NCBI GenBank assembly: GCA_048772705.1
Contig: JBLWGC010000104.1
Location: 186,001 to 250,000, forward strand
Direction: 5' to 3'
Source: Leidyana gryllorum EB-2025a
Taxonomy: Eukaryota > Protista > Apicomplexa
Length of the DNA stretch: 64,000 nt
Below the pieces are notes generated by a model. It saw only the letters and a program-made list of their open reading frames with translations, did not search any database and was not told the origin of the DNA. Shown here one piece after another: positions 49,480 to 62,882 of this stretch. Position numbers and translations under genes: made by a program. Positions within the stretch are counted from its first letter, which is position 1. The number at the start of each line of letters is the position of its first letter.

Positions 49480-50094
49480 CACCGTCTTTGTGCCCCGTAA
49501 ATCGAGTGAGGTCCATTTCCAATTGGAATCAGATCCGGACTCCATCTCGACACCCCAACTTGAGAACGTGCCCAATCTACATTAAAACAGCAAGTCTCCA
49601 GACCCTGATGGAGGCCCGGGACGGCTGGAAGGCTCACCTTACCACCACCTCAAGATCCATCAAAATATAAACGAAATGTCAAAGACGACTACAGCCTGCG
49701 TACGCTTACGTCTGACATGTCAAAGCACAGAAACACAACAAGAAATCATCATCATCGCCCTCAATGGACAAAAGAGCCCGCCCCCCTCGCACCTGGACCG
49801 ATCTGAGGCCCATAAACAATCTGAGGCCTCTAAAACGTATCTAAGTTTCGCGCTCAGGTTTCCGTGAGGAAAGCGCCTTTATTGCTCTAATTATCATAGA
49901 TACAATCGTGGGAAAGTCTCTGTCTGTATACTGAACCGTAGACCAAACAACACACTCAACATAATTTCGAACATAAATCACTCCATCGGTCGGTCGATAC
50001 TGACTATGTATGTGTGTGTGTCTGGCTGTCATAGTGAGCGGTCGCCGGTGTGCGTAAAAATGGGAGAAAATGGGTGAATTAGTGAAAGTGGCCA

Positions 50095-51655
50095 TCAATC
50101 AGTGGCTGTGACCACTTCGGAGCAGCACGTGGAGAATAGAGCTCCAGAAAATTTGGGTGCCAATCCAATCTCAGCTGCCGGAACCGCCTTTGACGCCAAA
50201 GTGGCCGCCAAACATGCTGCTCCCTTGCCGCTGCCGTCGTCACTGACTTGGATATAGACAATGGCAGCAAGATCCTCTCCAAGGATCTCCTTCAGGTAGC
50301 TGCGAACAGCCTGCTGATATTTGGGGTTCTTTGTGTACACACTGCCATCTACTCCAACCGTCACACCACCCTGGGCAGGAGTGAGACGACCAGTCTTCTT
50401 GGACAAACTTGCGATGAGGACTGCCGCCAGCGCTGCAGAGCGGTCCCAAGCGGCATCAATGGCTCTCTTAACAACGTTGAGCTCCTCGGGTGACATATCA
50501 ACGTCCCAAATCTTCTTGACGATAGAGGCACAGAGGACGGAGTCGGAGTAAATACGGCCACTCTCTTCACAGGACAGAGAATAAGGCGTCCACATTCCGC
50601 GCGGAGCGGTGTGTTGGAAGATCTTCAGACACGTCCGACGGGCAACTTCCGGTATATAATGACCTGAGATCATCTTCTCGAAACGTTGGGCCCCAACATT
50701 TTGAGAGTCAAAGTCAATCTCAATATCGACTGATGTCGCTGGAATATCGTGTTGGAAACCACCACACTCGGTGTTGATGACGCGACCCAAATAGGCGTGA
50801 TCCTCGGCTTCTGGCTCGTAGTAACAACCATTCACGCCTGTGCCCAAAATCATCCCGACCGCACATTGAGGCCAGTCTTTGGGTTTCTTCATAGCCGCGG
50901 CAATCATAGTGCCGGTCTGAGGAATGGACTTTGGATGAAAGTGTGACAGCCATCACTTACGGTATCGTTTAAAGTAGCAATCAGCCGAAGTGGCACTTTC
51001 TTCCGTTGGAATGCTGCTCTCAGCAAGGCACAGACATCCTGATCAATGACGGGATCATCAGTGTTGTTTCCGGTTTCAAAGTCCTTGGACCATTGATAGA
51101 GCATCGCTCTGTCTATGGCGTTCTGGGTGATGCCGAACGAAAAAGTGAAGCCCATAGGCAGCGGGTTGGCAAAGTTGGTATCGGTGAGGTCGCCGTGAGC
51201 GTCCATAAAGTTGTGAACAATGTCAGCGACAGCGTCAAAGAGCATCGAGGCAGTTGCGTTCTTGTCCAGGACACCTTTGGGAAGCTCACGCGATACACCG
51301 GTTTCGCGAAGACTTTTGACCTCCTGCTGGTAGACCGGCTCGTGGACACCATCCATTGTTGCCCGGACAACACGGATGTTTGTTCCCCCAAAGTCGAGAG
51401 CGTAGAAGAGACCCGTTTCGTTGCCGGTGGGGAGGGTAGCGAAACAACAATCTAACATCATGAGATCGCACTCGGCTGGTCGCCAGCGAGTTGGGTCTCG
51501 CTTGTGCATCTGGAGGCCACGATCCAGTTCTGAGATCAACCCATTGTGCAGAGCTCGCAATTTATCGGATGAAGGGCGTAATTGCGACAAAAAGTCCTGA
51601 TGATATATATTGGGAGGACGAGCTTTTATGGACTTACCTCCACACGTTCGTTCAT
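50095..51655 (-). CDS. HK: Hexokinase; 2 introns
   Basis: ALDFGGTNIRV, MGFTFSF, WSKDF, LNDTV, ILGTGVNGCY, INTECG, FEKMISG, VDGSVY, DDGSGKGAA; micro-exon 1 MNERVE. Confidence 0.95.
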
Positions 51656-51698
51656 TTTATCTATGGAATTTTTGAGTAATCGTTGACTTTTTGCAGCA

Positions 51699-52565
51699 AT
51701 GATGTCGGATCTCCTATGTAATCCAGTCTTTAGTCCTACGTACAGCTATCTGGACATGACGGATCTTGCTCGAATGCGACAGACCTGTTCCGAGCTGCGG
51801 GATTATGTGGATGAGCGCTTGCAAGTCACTGCCTTGTGTTTCGAAGGCGGATGGGGGTGTCCGGCTCGCATGCCTCGTCCTGTCGATTGGGTCCTCGAAC
51901 TTTGTCAATCATCAAGTAAAGTGCTCACTCACTTGTCCGTGAGACCAGATCACCTACCACCCGCCGTTCTGCAAGCACTTGCAGGCTCTGCCTCCAGTTT
52001 GGTACATTTGCGAGGCGCGGGTTACTGTCCGGAAGGCTGGCTGGCGCACTGCTCGAATCTCCGATCATTGCAATGGGCAGAGCAGGCACCACCGCTCGCC
52101 TCTCTAGATAGCCCCAAACTGAGATTGGTCTCGATGGATGTATCCGCTTGGAAAGGTCTTGGCAAACGTGCAGCCCTGAACCAAGCGCCCCCGGCCGACC
52201 AACAACAGATCAGAATCATTCACCGATCCGCCTTCTCTCCAGACCTCGCGCTGTGGTTCCACGAGGCATCCGCTCTCAAGAAAAGCTATCTCCTCGCTCT
52301 GGGGAAGGCACGCGTACTACTAGACACACGATTTTCTCCGGCAACCCGACCGCCGCCTCCTACTCCTTCAGTCCCTTTGCTGGATGTATTGAAAGCTCGA
52401 GAGGCGGCGCAAAACGGTTTTTCGGGCAGCCCGCCTGTCCGGTGGTCCAAATTCGGCCGCTTCCTTCTTTGTACCGATGAAGTCGACTCGCTTCGGTGCA
52501 GCAAGTCCCTCAACGATGATGACGAGTCCGTGGATTCTCTCTACACCATGCACGAGGAAGCGTAG
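51699..52565 (+). CDS. F-box-like protein with possible LRR-like segment
   Basis: N-terminal SYLDMTDLARMRQTCSELRDYV fits an F-box; LTHLSV, LVHLRG, LRSLQW. Confidence 0.55.
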   Translation: MMSDLLCNPVFSPTYSYLDMTDLARMRQTCSELRDYVDERLQVTALCFEGGWGCPARMPRPVDWVLELCQSSSKVLTHLSVRPDHLPPAVLQALAGSASSLVHLRGAGYCPEGWLAHCSNLRSLQWAEQAPPLASLDSPKLRLVSMDVSAWKGLGKRAALNQAPPADQQQIRIIHRSAFSPDLALWFHEASALKKSYLLALGKARVLLDTRFSPATRPPPPTPSVPLLDVLKAREAAQNGFSGSPPVRWSKFGRFLLCTDEVDSLRCSKSLNDDDESVDSLYTMHEEA

Positions 52566-55500
52566 GCATTTCATTGTCTGTCGACTGTATGCCGACCTCA
52601 AATATATGAGGCCCCTGCATCCATGTGTCTGCGGTCCCCCTGTTCGTGGCCTGCGCAGTACCTCTGCCCGAGGTTTCTCGGGGTGTGTGCGTGTGCGTGG
52701 TCTCTGTGTCTCCGTGTGTGCCTCCGCCCGGTGTTTGCGATCTCTGTGTCGCCCAGTGTTTGTGGCCCGTTTTTGCATCGCGTAGCAGCCTTCGCATTCG
52801 AGTGGCGCGCACCCAACGGCACTTCTGTCGCGACTCAAGGAGCAGCTTGTTACCATCGCGAGAAGCAGCTTGTTACTGTCGCAGCGTACTCGTAGTGAAT
52901 TGGCTCCGCCCAGCTACTAACGTTACCCCACCGTTCCGCCCCATACTGGTTGACAAGTTTACGGTTGATGGTGTCTTTGTTTGCAGCCAATATCGCGCTT
53001 GGGAACGCGAGGGGCGTCCTCGCATATCTGTCAGCGTAGGAAGAGTTCCCTTCTAACTTGAACGCTCGATGGTGGCAGGAGCAAAGTCTGCATTCAGTCA
53101 CTGTTCTTGGACACTCTTCGCCTGATTGACCAATTGATCGACTGACTTTCCACAAAGTACGAACGCTTTCACTACTGCCCACCAAAACTCAGCTACAACA
53201 ACCACCTCGCCAACTTGTCGATCGCCAAGACCTCCACCACGACGGAAATCTCACCGCTACTACTTGAACTACATTCACTGCTATTGATTCTGCCCTGTGC
53301 CCGCCTCCCCGGGACGTTCACACTGGCTGACGCTTTCTTTACCTGTTGCTGCGACCGCCTCTTCCTCACTAACTGACTCACCGCTGACACACGATGATGA
53401 TTAAGAGACTCATCAATGACACCTTCGTCCAATTCGCTTTAAACACTCTGTACACCTGCGTGCTTCACTAGCCGGTGCGAAAGCATCATGCCTACTACTG
53501 GTGCTCTGCCTTCGCTGCCACTATGGCCACTAAATGTTCCCGGAAAAGAGCTGTGTATGTCGTTGAATCTCCACGTTCCTCCTTACCTGGTTTGCTGGGT
53601 GAGGGAAACTGGGTACCCTTCGTTGTGCACTCTGAGTCCTCACCTGTGCTGCTGTTCTCTTTTCTCTGATCGTCGCTCTTTCTCTTTTACACTACTTTTG
53701 GGGCTGCTCCAGCCGATTCACACGGCAGCGTGCGTGTTTGGAGTCGGCAGAAGTGACACCCAATAGGTCGACGTGGACAGACGGACCTATCGATCGATCG
53801 AGCAAACAATCCACCCAGACTAAGAATCAACCCCTCGAGAGTGAAGCTCGTACCCAACACACACACACACACACACGCAGATATCTTCACCTCCACATTC
53901 ACTTTCCGGGCCGCTCGGTCGATTTCGGCTCTGTCAAGACGATCTGAACAACAGCAACAACCGAAACCAACAAATATTCAAAGTACCGAACCTGTCTCTG
54001 CCGAGAAGTTCTTGTACGTATTCGAGTATATGACTCCTCACTTCTTCACCCGTGCACAAACCCGTCGGACAGGCCTTCTGTTGCTGACGATTTCACTTTC
54101 ATTAGAGCCCCAAGACCGTCAGAGTTGACCATTTTGAGTCTCTTGGCGCTAATGAGATTGCACCGTCAACGCCGAGTTGGAAGCTCCAGAGATGGCTGAC
54201 TGACACCACAATAATCAGTGTACGTAAATATGTCCTCTCTGTTGTGTGTCTCAATTTGTCTCTATGTACATATATACCTGTCGGTAGACTCCGGGCTCCC
54301 CCCCCCACTTGCTCCCACCAATACTATCAATGCACATTCATACTTCCGTCCTTCAATATAAGTGTGTCTTGTGTGATCGATGCATCAGTGGCGTTGCTTT
54401 GTTGACTGAGCAATCAGTTAACGAACGGGCATGGGTCGCATGAAATGAGTGGCTCGTTGCTCCGAGTTGGTCGCCTCACATCATTGGAGCCTGGCATATC
54501 CTTGACTTTTGTGGACGGAGACACACACCCTTTGTGCAAAGTTTGTTGGCACAGGGTCACGCACAGAGTTACACAGACTTTGTGGCGTGCGATGGAGGAG
54601 TGAGCAAAAGAAGTGGTGATCGGAACGACTGCGGAGCCAATACATTTCGGTGTGTCTCCTAGTCACAGGCCGGTACAGGACAAATAGAGGGATTACAATT
54701 ATCTTGGCCCATTCCTATAGAGGCGGAGAGAGAAAGCAACCGACACGACAGAGACGGGAATGGTCCTGCGACACTTCTCATGGTTAGGGACCGAACGCAA
54801 CCACATCACAGCACAAGCACACGCGTCTTTGTTTGCTTGTCGGGGTGTGTGATAGTAAAGCGTTTTGGATTACAAAGTGAGTTGTGGTCATTCACTGACT
54901 CTCTCTCTCGGCACATCCAGTCTCGGTGATTTCAGTCTCTCAGAAGTGTTGCTTTGAATGGACAGCCCGACCTCTTTATCCCTACAAGCTCGACGTGGAC
55001 CACCTTTATGTACATATGTTTCGGAGATAAGTGACAGGCGGACGCACCGATCGACCAACGATGGGACTCGCGAAGCATTCACAACCCCAACGGCAGCGCG
55101 AAAGTTCACCATGTCTCACACTGGATCGGCTGCATATCAATATCTGGGAGTGGAGTTCATCCGCCGCTGTGTCTTCGATATCTGTTGAGCAGAAAGGCCC
55201 CCCCTCTGTCCTCACAGTACAGTCGTATTCCTCAATACGACAGATCGACGACACTGGCTGGCTACATAAACGGACGTATCATTCTATATTTCCACGGTGT
55301 ATACAACTGCTGCCTTGGCTGCTGGACGGTTACCAAACTGATACATGTTCGACGACCCAATCAATGTATAGTGTATTCACACATCCACCAACAGGTCCCC
55401 AATAACAGTTGCTTTTGGTCTGCATGATGCCCGTCATACAAAAGAGGTACAGATCAGTCAAACTGGCCTAGCCAGTCTGTCCAGTGGCCAACTCAGCACA

Positions 55501-55667
55501 GATAAGCCCAATTACCGTAGCTCACGCACTCACTTACCGCTGGCCAGTTGGAGACAGGTCGCCAGATTTTGTGTGCGAGAACCCCTTTGGTAGATACTTT
55601 TCATCAAATCAATAGATCTTCTCTTCAGTCCTCTTCTTTCTGCCTTGTTGGTCCGCACTCCCAGAAG

Positions 55668-56505
55668 ATGGCCTCAGTCTCTGCTGTCAACCCTCCGACC
55701 GCCACTGGCATCACCACCAATTCGTACTCCTACACCACCACTACTCCGTCTACAAACATGGCCGTCAACTCCCTCCCAGGCCAGGTCTACCAGTCCGCAC
55801 CGCCGCAGCAGGTGTACTTGAATGCGAACAGCTCCCATACGACGCAAAATGTCATCTCAGACGTTATCTCAGCAGCATCAAACCTCATCAAGAACTCCGC
55901 CCCCGGAGTCACTACCACCACCGCTCCGCCTACATACTCTTCCACTACCTATCAAGCCTCCTCCGCAGCCCCGGTGGTGCTGCTTGAGAACAGACCGGGA
56001 ATGAGCGCTCCCGGATTCCACCATTCTACTCAAATGAATGTGAATATGATCGATGAGGCTGCGCTGTACCGTCCGCAGAATGCTGAATTGCTCTTGCCTG
56101 GTCGCCAGCTGCGCGGGGGCATGAGACCTGTTTACGATCCGACCCTGGTGCGAACTTTCGAAGCCTTCCCTGTCTTCCATGCAGCTGTCGCGGGTGATGC
56201 TGGCATCTATCAATCTGTCGCCGGTAAGCAGAGCTTCCCTCGAAATCCGCACGCCCGAACCCCCCCGCCGCACACTGGGCGCGCTTCGCGCCATCCTAAG
56301 CCTCATGGCTCCGTGCTTGGCGACCACACACACACACACGATTATTTTATCACACTTCCTTGCAGTGGGTGCCGGAGCTAAGGTGACTCACCGTGGTGTT
56401 GGGTTGTCCGAGCCCTCTGTGGCCGGTTCAGTCAAGGACAAGTCGGTTGGCGGAAGCGTTTCTGTTCAGCAGGAGTTGAAGAAGAGAAACTACGTCTGCT
56501 GCTAG
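55668..56505 (+). CDS. Ser/Thr-rich hypothetical protein with polybasic di-Cys C-terminus; 1 intron (56224-56365)
   Basis: Spliced frame MASVSAVNPP...QSVAVGAG...KKRNYVCC*. Confidence 0.7.
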
Positions 56506-56845
56506 AACGGTCTGTACTGTGTGAAGGAAGGAAGAGGGTTGGTCACTTTTTCACCATTAACTTTCTTTGTGTTGGCGAGACTACTGCACACCCAAGGAAG
56601 TCTCTATTGCTGTTCACGGGTGGTCCCAAGTATATTTATCGGAAGAACGCTGTAGTGTGTGACAAAGTGTGCGTGTCGACCGCAAACTGTTTCGTTATAA
56701 GGCTGATCCCATCCCAATAGTCCAGCTTCCCTGCCCAATAATCTGTTCTCAGCCACAACTCTCCCTCTCAGCCAAAGAATATTCTGTCCGCTATCAATGA
56801 TTCCAGTTTCTATCGTTCGTCCGTCAGACAGTCAGAGACAGTCAT

Positions 56846-57682
56846 TCAATCATCGTCTGCAGCATCAGGGTCCTCAACTATTTCCTCTCTATTATCTTTC
56901 CAGTCTGGGTTGAATTTCTGCAACATTCCCCAGGCTTTGAAGACGTTGACCAACTCTGCAGTGGTGAAGTCGTCTTTTCCTGCGTTGTTTTAGATTGATC
57001 AGGGAGTCGCTGGGTGGTGACGTACTGCCAAGTTCTTCAAAGCCAATCATCGTGTGGATCATCTTTTGTTCCTTTACAAATACGACTGACGGGATCACAT
57101 AGAGGTTTAAGCCTGCATCGATGGATTGATGGACTCGCACAACGTGTTCTTACGGGAGGTCAAGAAGGGCAGGCGTTCAACATTCCCGGTGATGATGCGA
57201 GTATCAATCAATTGGGGCGCCAATGACTTTAGATGTTTATCCAGCATCTCTTTACGTTCAATATTCTGGTCGGGTTTGTAGAAATGACATATCTGAGGCG
57301 AGGAGCGACAGCGTCAGGCCCGATCCGTGAGCGGCAACTCACCACTTTCGCGCTGTTTTTGCACGCATTGAAGAATTCCATCTCGTCGTAAACCTCGGTA
57401 TATTCACCGTGGCCCAACACTTGGAAGTCTGCTCTCCGCTTTACGGTCGCCAGCATTTCGTTACGCCGGCGTTGACGGAGATCCTCCAGTCCATCTTCGT
57501 CTAATTCATCCAACCGAGCAATCTCTGCGTCCAGCTCCGCTTCCCGCTCCTCCATGGCCTGCCGTGCACAGCCTTTTCGAGCACTTCATACGGCTACAAC
57601 TCACCTTCATGAGGGTGGACGAGACAACTTGAGCCACATCGTCTGCTGATGGGTGAAGGGGCTGTCGGCTCGGCGGTGCCAT
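56846..57682 (-). CDS. TXNDC9: Phosducin-like thioredoxin-domain protein (TXNDC9/PhLP3); multi-exon
   Basis: LEDLRQRRRNEM, GHGEYTEV, VCHFY, IGFEELG, DDFTT. Confidence 0.85.
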
Positions 57683-57721
57683 TTAGATGGACTCTTTTTT
57701 GGATGTGTATATGTAGATATA

Positions 57722-58378
57722 TTAAGCAGCTGTGGATTCCAGGAGGAGTTTCTCTTCTAACGCGCGTTCAGCCTCCAATATCTCAGGATAAAGTTCCTAT
57801 ACACAAACCTTTTTATTTCGACCAGTTCTAACCGTACCTCATCTCGCCACCCGTAGTAGCTGGGCTTAACCCGCTGAGCCAGTTCTGCCCGTGTCAATTT
57901 ACGCGGTGCCTGATATTGACCCAAATCCAACTCCTTTGCCTCCTTCAACTCCTTCGCTGCCCCAAAGTATTTATACCCATCACGACGGGTTACACAGCCC
58001 CCATCGAACATTGACACAGATGAAGGTGCCTGGCCTTCCTGTCCACCCAACTGTCGATACAAGTTACCACCAATCCGATACTCCTCTTATGCCTACCCGT
58101 GAGATTTGCTGCTCCCAACGAGCCTTCTCTTTCAATAGACGATTAATCTCATCATTCACTTCTCTCAATCTCGCTTCTCCCAATCCGGCATTTTGTATCT
58201 CCGATATCTTCACTGACAGCTCTCTAACTATATTGTTCCGCCAAAACTCAGCGTCCTTTACGGTGTCTACTTCCTCTGTCACCCGCGGTCGACGTCTTCG
58301 GATACCCCCAACAACCGCCAGCTTCATCTCGTGCCAGCGATTCAGCATCAACATCGCCTTCTCCGAACTCCGAGCCAT
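57722..58378 (-). CDS. ISY1: Pre-mRNA splicing factor ISY1; 2 introns
   Basis: MARSSEKAMLMLNRW, IQNAGLGEARLREVNDEINRL, GYKYFGAAKEL, YYGWRDE. Confidence 0.93.
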
Positions 58379-58809
58379 CTTGCCTTCTCAATCAATGCAA
58401 CCTTCCAAAAACAAATTTATCACCGAGGTGACCTGAGGTCAATGTGGTACCCTTTTGGTTTAACTCTACCTGGCTTCGTTGACCCCCTCCGGCCTTGATG
58501 GTTCACAGCAGCTTGATTTGCCCGACCCGCCTCTACCTTGATTGGCTGTATTTGGTTGTTGACATTGACTAGACTGACCTTATCCACCTATACACCTGTA
58601 CCTATTGTAAATGCCGCGTTTACAGTCCTAGATGCATTCGGATGCTGGGTCGACTGTGTCTCCCCGTCGCACACGTGTGTGCTTGGCCGTCTCCTCACTT
58701 CGCATCATTTTGGTTTCGTAACTCAATATCACCTCTTCAGGCATTCACACCATCTTTTCTGGCGCTCTTGTCTCGGCATCAATCTCATTCTGCTCTGATT
58801 TAAGTCAAC

Positions 58810-61611
58810 ATGTCTGCTGAGAAGCCGCGAATTTACCGCAAGGATTACGCTCCTCCGCCTTACGTCATCAAAACCGCCGAGCTCATCTTCGAGCTTGATT
58901 ATACCACTACTATCGTGTCGACCAAGTTGAACATAGTTCGCAATGACAAGACTGCGCGAAATCTCATCCTAAATGGAGAGGATCTAGTTTTGAAGGAAGT
59001 GAAGGTCGACGGAAAAGTTCTCACAGAGAATGTCGATTACCGTTTGGGCGACGTTATGGGCGAGCCGCTCTCTATGACAATTCTGAATGTGACCACAGAC
59101 GAGCTTTGCGTGGAAATTGTTCAAGTGATCAATCCGTCGACCAACACCCTTCTCTCTGGGGTCTACAAGACTAACGACGTCATTATCTCCCATAATGAAC
59201 CTCACGGAATGCGCCGTATTTGCTATTGGATCGACCGTCCCGATAACATGACCGTCTACACTGTTACTTTAAGGGGTTCCAAGTCATTGTTCCCCGTACT
59301 CCTGAGCAATGGCGATCAAACCAAGTACGAAGAGGTGGATACTGAGACCCACGCAGCCACCTTCGTGGATCCGTGGCCCAAGGGACCGCATCTGTTCGCC
59401 ATCTGTGCCGGAAAGGTCGGGTGCAAAAAGGGCACGTACCGTACTATGGAAGGTCGCAATGTTTCTCTGGAGATCTATGCTGAACCGCAGTATGTGAACC
59501 AGCTCGACTGGGCCCTCGAAGTGACCAAACTCGCGTTCCAATTCGACGAGGAACAATACGGTCGCGCTTACGATTTGGATGTCTTCCGAGTGGTTGGAGT
59601 ATCAGACTTCAACATGGGTGCTATGGAGAACAAATCACTATGTGTCTTCAACATCTCTGCGCTGGTTGCCACACCCAAACAAAGCGCGGATCGTAACTAC
59701 CTGAGAGTTCTGACTGTCATCGGCCACGAATACTTCCACAACTGGAGTGGCAACCGTGTCAATGTTCGCGATTGGTTCCAGATTCAGCTGAAAGAAGGAT
59801 TCACAGCTTACCGCGAGATGATGTTCGAGGAATGGTACTATGGGAAAGGTGTTCCCAGACTTGGCCGAATTTGCATTGTTCGCGATCGTCAATTCGCGGA
59901 AGACGCCGGTCCCAATGCTCACCCTATCCGTCCAGAATCTTACATCGATGTGGACAATTTCTACACTGCTACTTTGTACCGAAAGGGCGCTGAAGTTATT
60001 GGGATGTATAAGGCTCTGTTGGGTGAGGAAGGATATCGGAAAGGCACTGATTACTATTTCTCCACTTATGACGGTCAAGCGGTTAGCTGTGATGAGTTCA
60101 GAAACGCAATGGCCACTGCGAACGGACGCGATCTGAGCCAGTTCGAGTTGTGGTACACTCAGCGTCGAACACCTCACATTGCGGTTGTCAGCCGAGAGTA
60201 CCGTGCTGACAAAAAGCAATATGTTATCACTCTGAAACAGATATTGGCCGATGACGCTGGGGCGGAGGGTGAAGCCCCTAAGGCAATGTTGATTCCAGTT
60301 TTGTTCGGTTTGGTCGGAAAGACTGATGGGAAGGACCTGATTGGAACGAAGTGTCTGGAGTTGGACCAATGGGAGAAGACGTTCGTAATTGATAATGTAA
60401 CAGACGATTGCGTACCGTCTGTTCTGCGCAACTTTTCGGCGCCAGTTATTGTTGATGACTTCTTGGAAGAGGACGAAATGTTGCATTTGATGAGCTATGA
60501 CGCCGATGACTTCAATCGTTGGGAGGCGGGTCGCACCCTCATCGCTAAGGAGTTGATCCGCCGCTCAAGGAATGTCTCGAATTCTTTGGGATCTGACTTG
60601 CCTACGAAACTGTGCAATGCTTATCGTGCAATCTGCGCCCGAGGTGAGAGGGCTGAAGAGTATGGAATGATTGCTGAATGCTTGAAATTACCGACTGCGA
60701 CTGACATTTGTAATAAGTATCCCGGACAAAGCCCATATCATTTGGGTGTGGCGATGGTCGATGTGACCAAAGCAATGCAACGAGCCCTCAATAAGGAATT
60801 TTCTGAGCTGTATCGCAAGGTGTTGAGTGAGATGGGAGATGTGACGGCGGAAAACTTTGACACTCGAGCTCCCGCTGTCCACAAGCGGTCTCTTTCCAAA
60901 GTACTGTTGGGCATTCTGTCAGAGACTGACGATCAGAATGAACAGCAACGTCTGATCCGTGAAGGATACTTCAACAGATCTACTATAACTGAGAAAGAAG
61001 AGGCCGTGACCTTGGCAGCCGGTATGCCCGATTGCCAGCTTCGTACCGACATACTCGAAGATTTCTACAAGCACTGCAAGAGTTGTGATGAGAACTGTCT
61101 GGATGCTTGGTTCATTCTTCAAGCGAGAGGACGCACTCCAGCGACAGCTGAGCGGGTTGTGAAACTTGCCGAACATCCTGACTTTAAAGGTTCCACTCGC
61201 CCGAACCGCATCCGCGCTTTGTTGATGGAGGCTTCTCTCAATCCGGTCGTTATGTTGCATCCCGACAACAAAGGGCTCGATTGGGTTGTCCGCGTCATCA
61301 AGGATCTGGACACTTACAACCCCCGCGTTGCGGCCGTACAGAGTAAATTCTTGTCTGCTTATGCAAAGTGAGTTCTGACGAGGCACCCATTCTTCTCATT
61401 CGCCATTGTGTGCAGCTTTGACTCATTGACCATTCAACGCCTCCGGGAGGCTTGTCGACAAATATACAATGAAGGAAAATGTAGTTTTTCCGTCAAGGAG
61501 ATCGTGGAGCCGGCTATCGCCGAGGACATGGGCAGTGTCGGCAAAGCCGACATCGGCACTTGCAGTACTGAAGAGGTTTTGCCTCAAACCTCTGCCGCAA
61601 GCAAAGCCTGA
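58810..61611 (+). CDS. M1-family alanyl aminopeptidase (pepN-type); 1 intron near 61368-61415
   Basis: IYRKDYAPP, GAMEN, HEYFH-x18-E, NFYTATLYRKGAE, PNRIRAL. Confidence 0.95.
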
Positions 61612-61923
61612 GCTGAGCTTGAGCCCGCCACATCGCTGCAAGACACATTCGGAGGCACACCCACTCTAATTGAGCGAACACGAATCGCTGCGCTCTATTG
61701 CAAATTCACTGGTCCCACAGGCCATCAGAAAGTTTGGTGGTTGAGATCCCATATTCCGTGACTGATCGAGCAATTGATCTGTGTTGAATGAGATCTTGAC
61801 GTCCCGAAACAATGAATGTTGACAAATGATGATTACAATGAAACTATCAACGGGGGGTATAGATATTTGAATATATTATATGAGAGCTGTTGAAAGGAAA
61901 AAAAGGCATGCAGACACTAATGC

Positions 61924-62882
61924 TCAATGCGCCTTCGGCGTCATACCGAAGGGATTGGTGGGGTTCAGGTGCATATTGGACGATTTGGATGTATCCAAAT
62001 CAGCCTTCGGATGTTGCATGACACCTGGCAAAATTAATCCACGGGACCCCAAAGAGTGCTGCTGATGCGCAGTCGGACCCATCGCGCCATTTCCGGATTG
62101 ATACTCAGCCCTCAGGGGCGGGATCACTGATGGCAACTGCAACGAAGATCGAGTTGTCATCGAACCTGAGGGGTAAGTGGGCAGCGGTGCTCCGGCCTGG
62201 GGACTCGGCTCCTGTTGAATTGCTTCTTCGTTGTGAAGAGTAATCATCACTCACCATGGGAGCTGCAGCACTCTGCGGATAATGCCCTGAGGGTCCCTGA
62301 CCTGTGTACCCTGGGTAGTTCATCGGAGTGGCCGGCATCGCAGCATAATTCTGCGCTCCCTGAACCATCGGATGAAAGTTTCCCGGGGGTACGGCTCCAG
62401 CCCCAGAGGAAGGTGTTATACCTCCCAAATAAGTCGAAGTAGCTCCGGTCGTTGAGCCACTACGATAAGAGGGCGTGCGAGCCATGATGTGTGCTGTGCT
62501 GAAGCTTTTGGGAAGTAGCACACCACCATGGAACACCATCTCCGTCACATCAATCTGCCCAATCCGTGATTGCCGGTTCTAAAAACGGCGTACTAACCTT
62601 TTGAGTATCGTCGAACGAGTAACTGACACACAGCTCGCTATGTTTGTTGAATCCAACTGTCCAACCATTAGGAATCTGCCCATTTGCCTCTGCCACACGA
62701 TAGACCTGGACCGCTTGGCGATACAAGACGGTTTCAGGTACACCATAGGGGCCAAACAAGCTAGGGCTCAAGCGAGTAGACTTGGCACGTCGGCGGTAAG
62801 CTTTTGATCCGATATGAGCCAAGAACGGCAAGTCCAAGACATCCGCAATCACTTCAATAGTCTTCCCCATCGCAACGAACAC
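61924..62882 (-). CDS. Hypothetical protein, 3' exons (5' exons not resolved)
   Basis: Three ORFs linked by GT-AG introns; acceptor TTCTCCAG immediately upstream of 62882; Pro/Gln/Gly-rich tail. Confidence 0.55.

Noticed and set aside
12084-51655. Trehalase, PFK and hexokinase as a metabolic gene cluster
   Set aside because: Separated by 15-17 kb of unrelated genes; co-occurrence is plausible by chance in a small dense genome
58435-58610. Inverted repeat GTCAATGT/ACATTGAC and a vaguely SRP-helix-8-like segment
   Set aside because: Lacks the GNRA loop and AGCA motif; pairing too limited to call an RNA gene
58810-61611. Bacterial-like pepN as recent HGT or contamination
   Set aside because: pepN-type M1 enzymes are standard in apicomplexans and this copy has an intron
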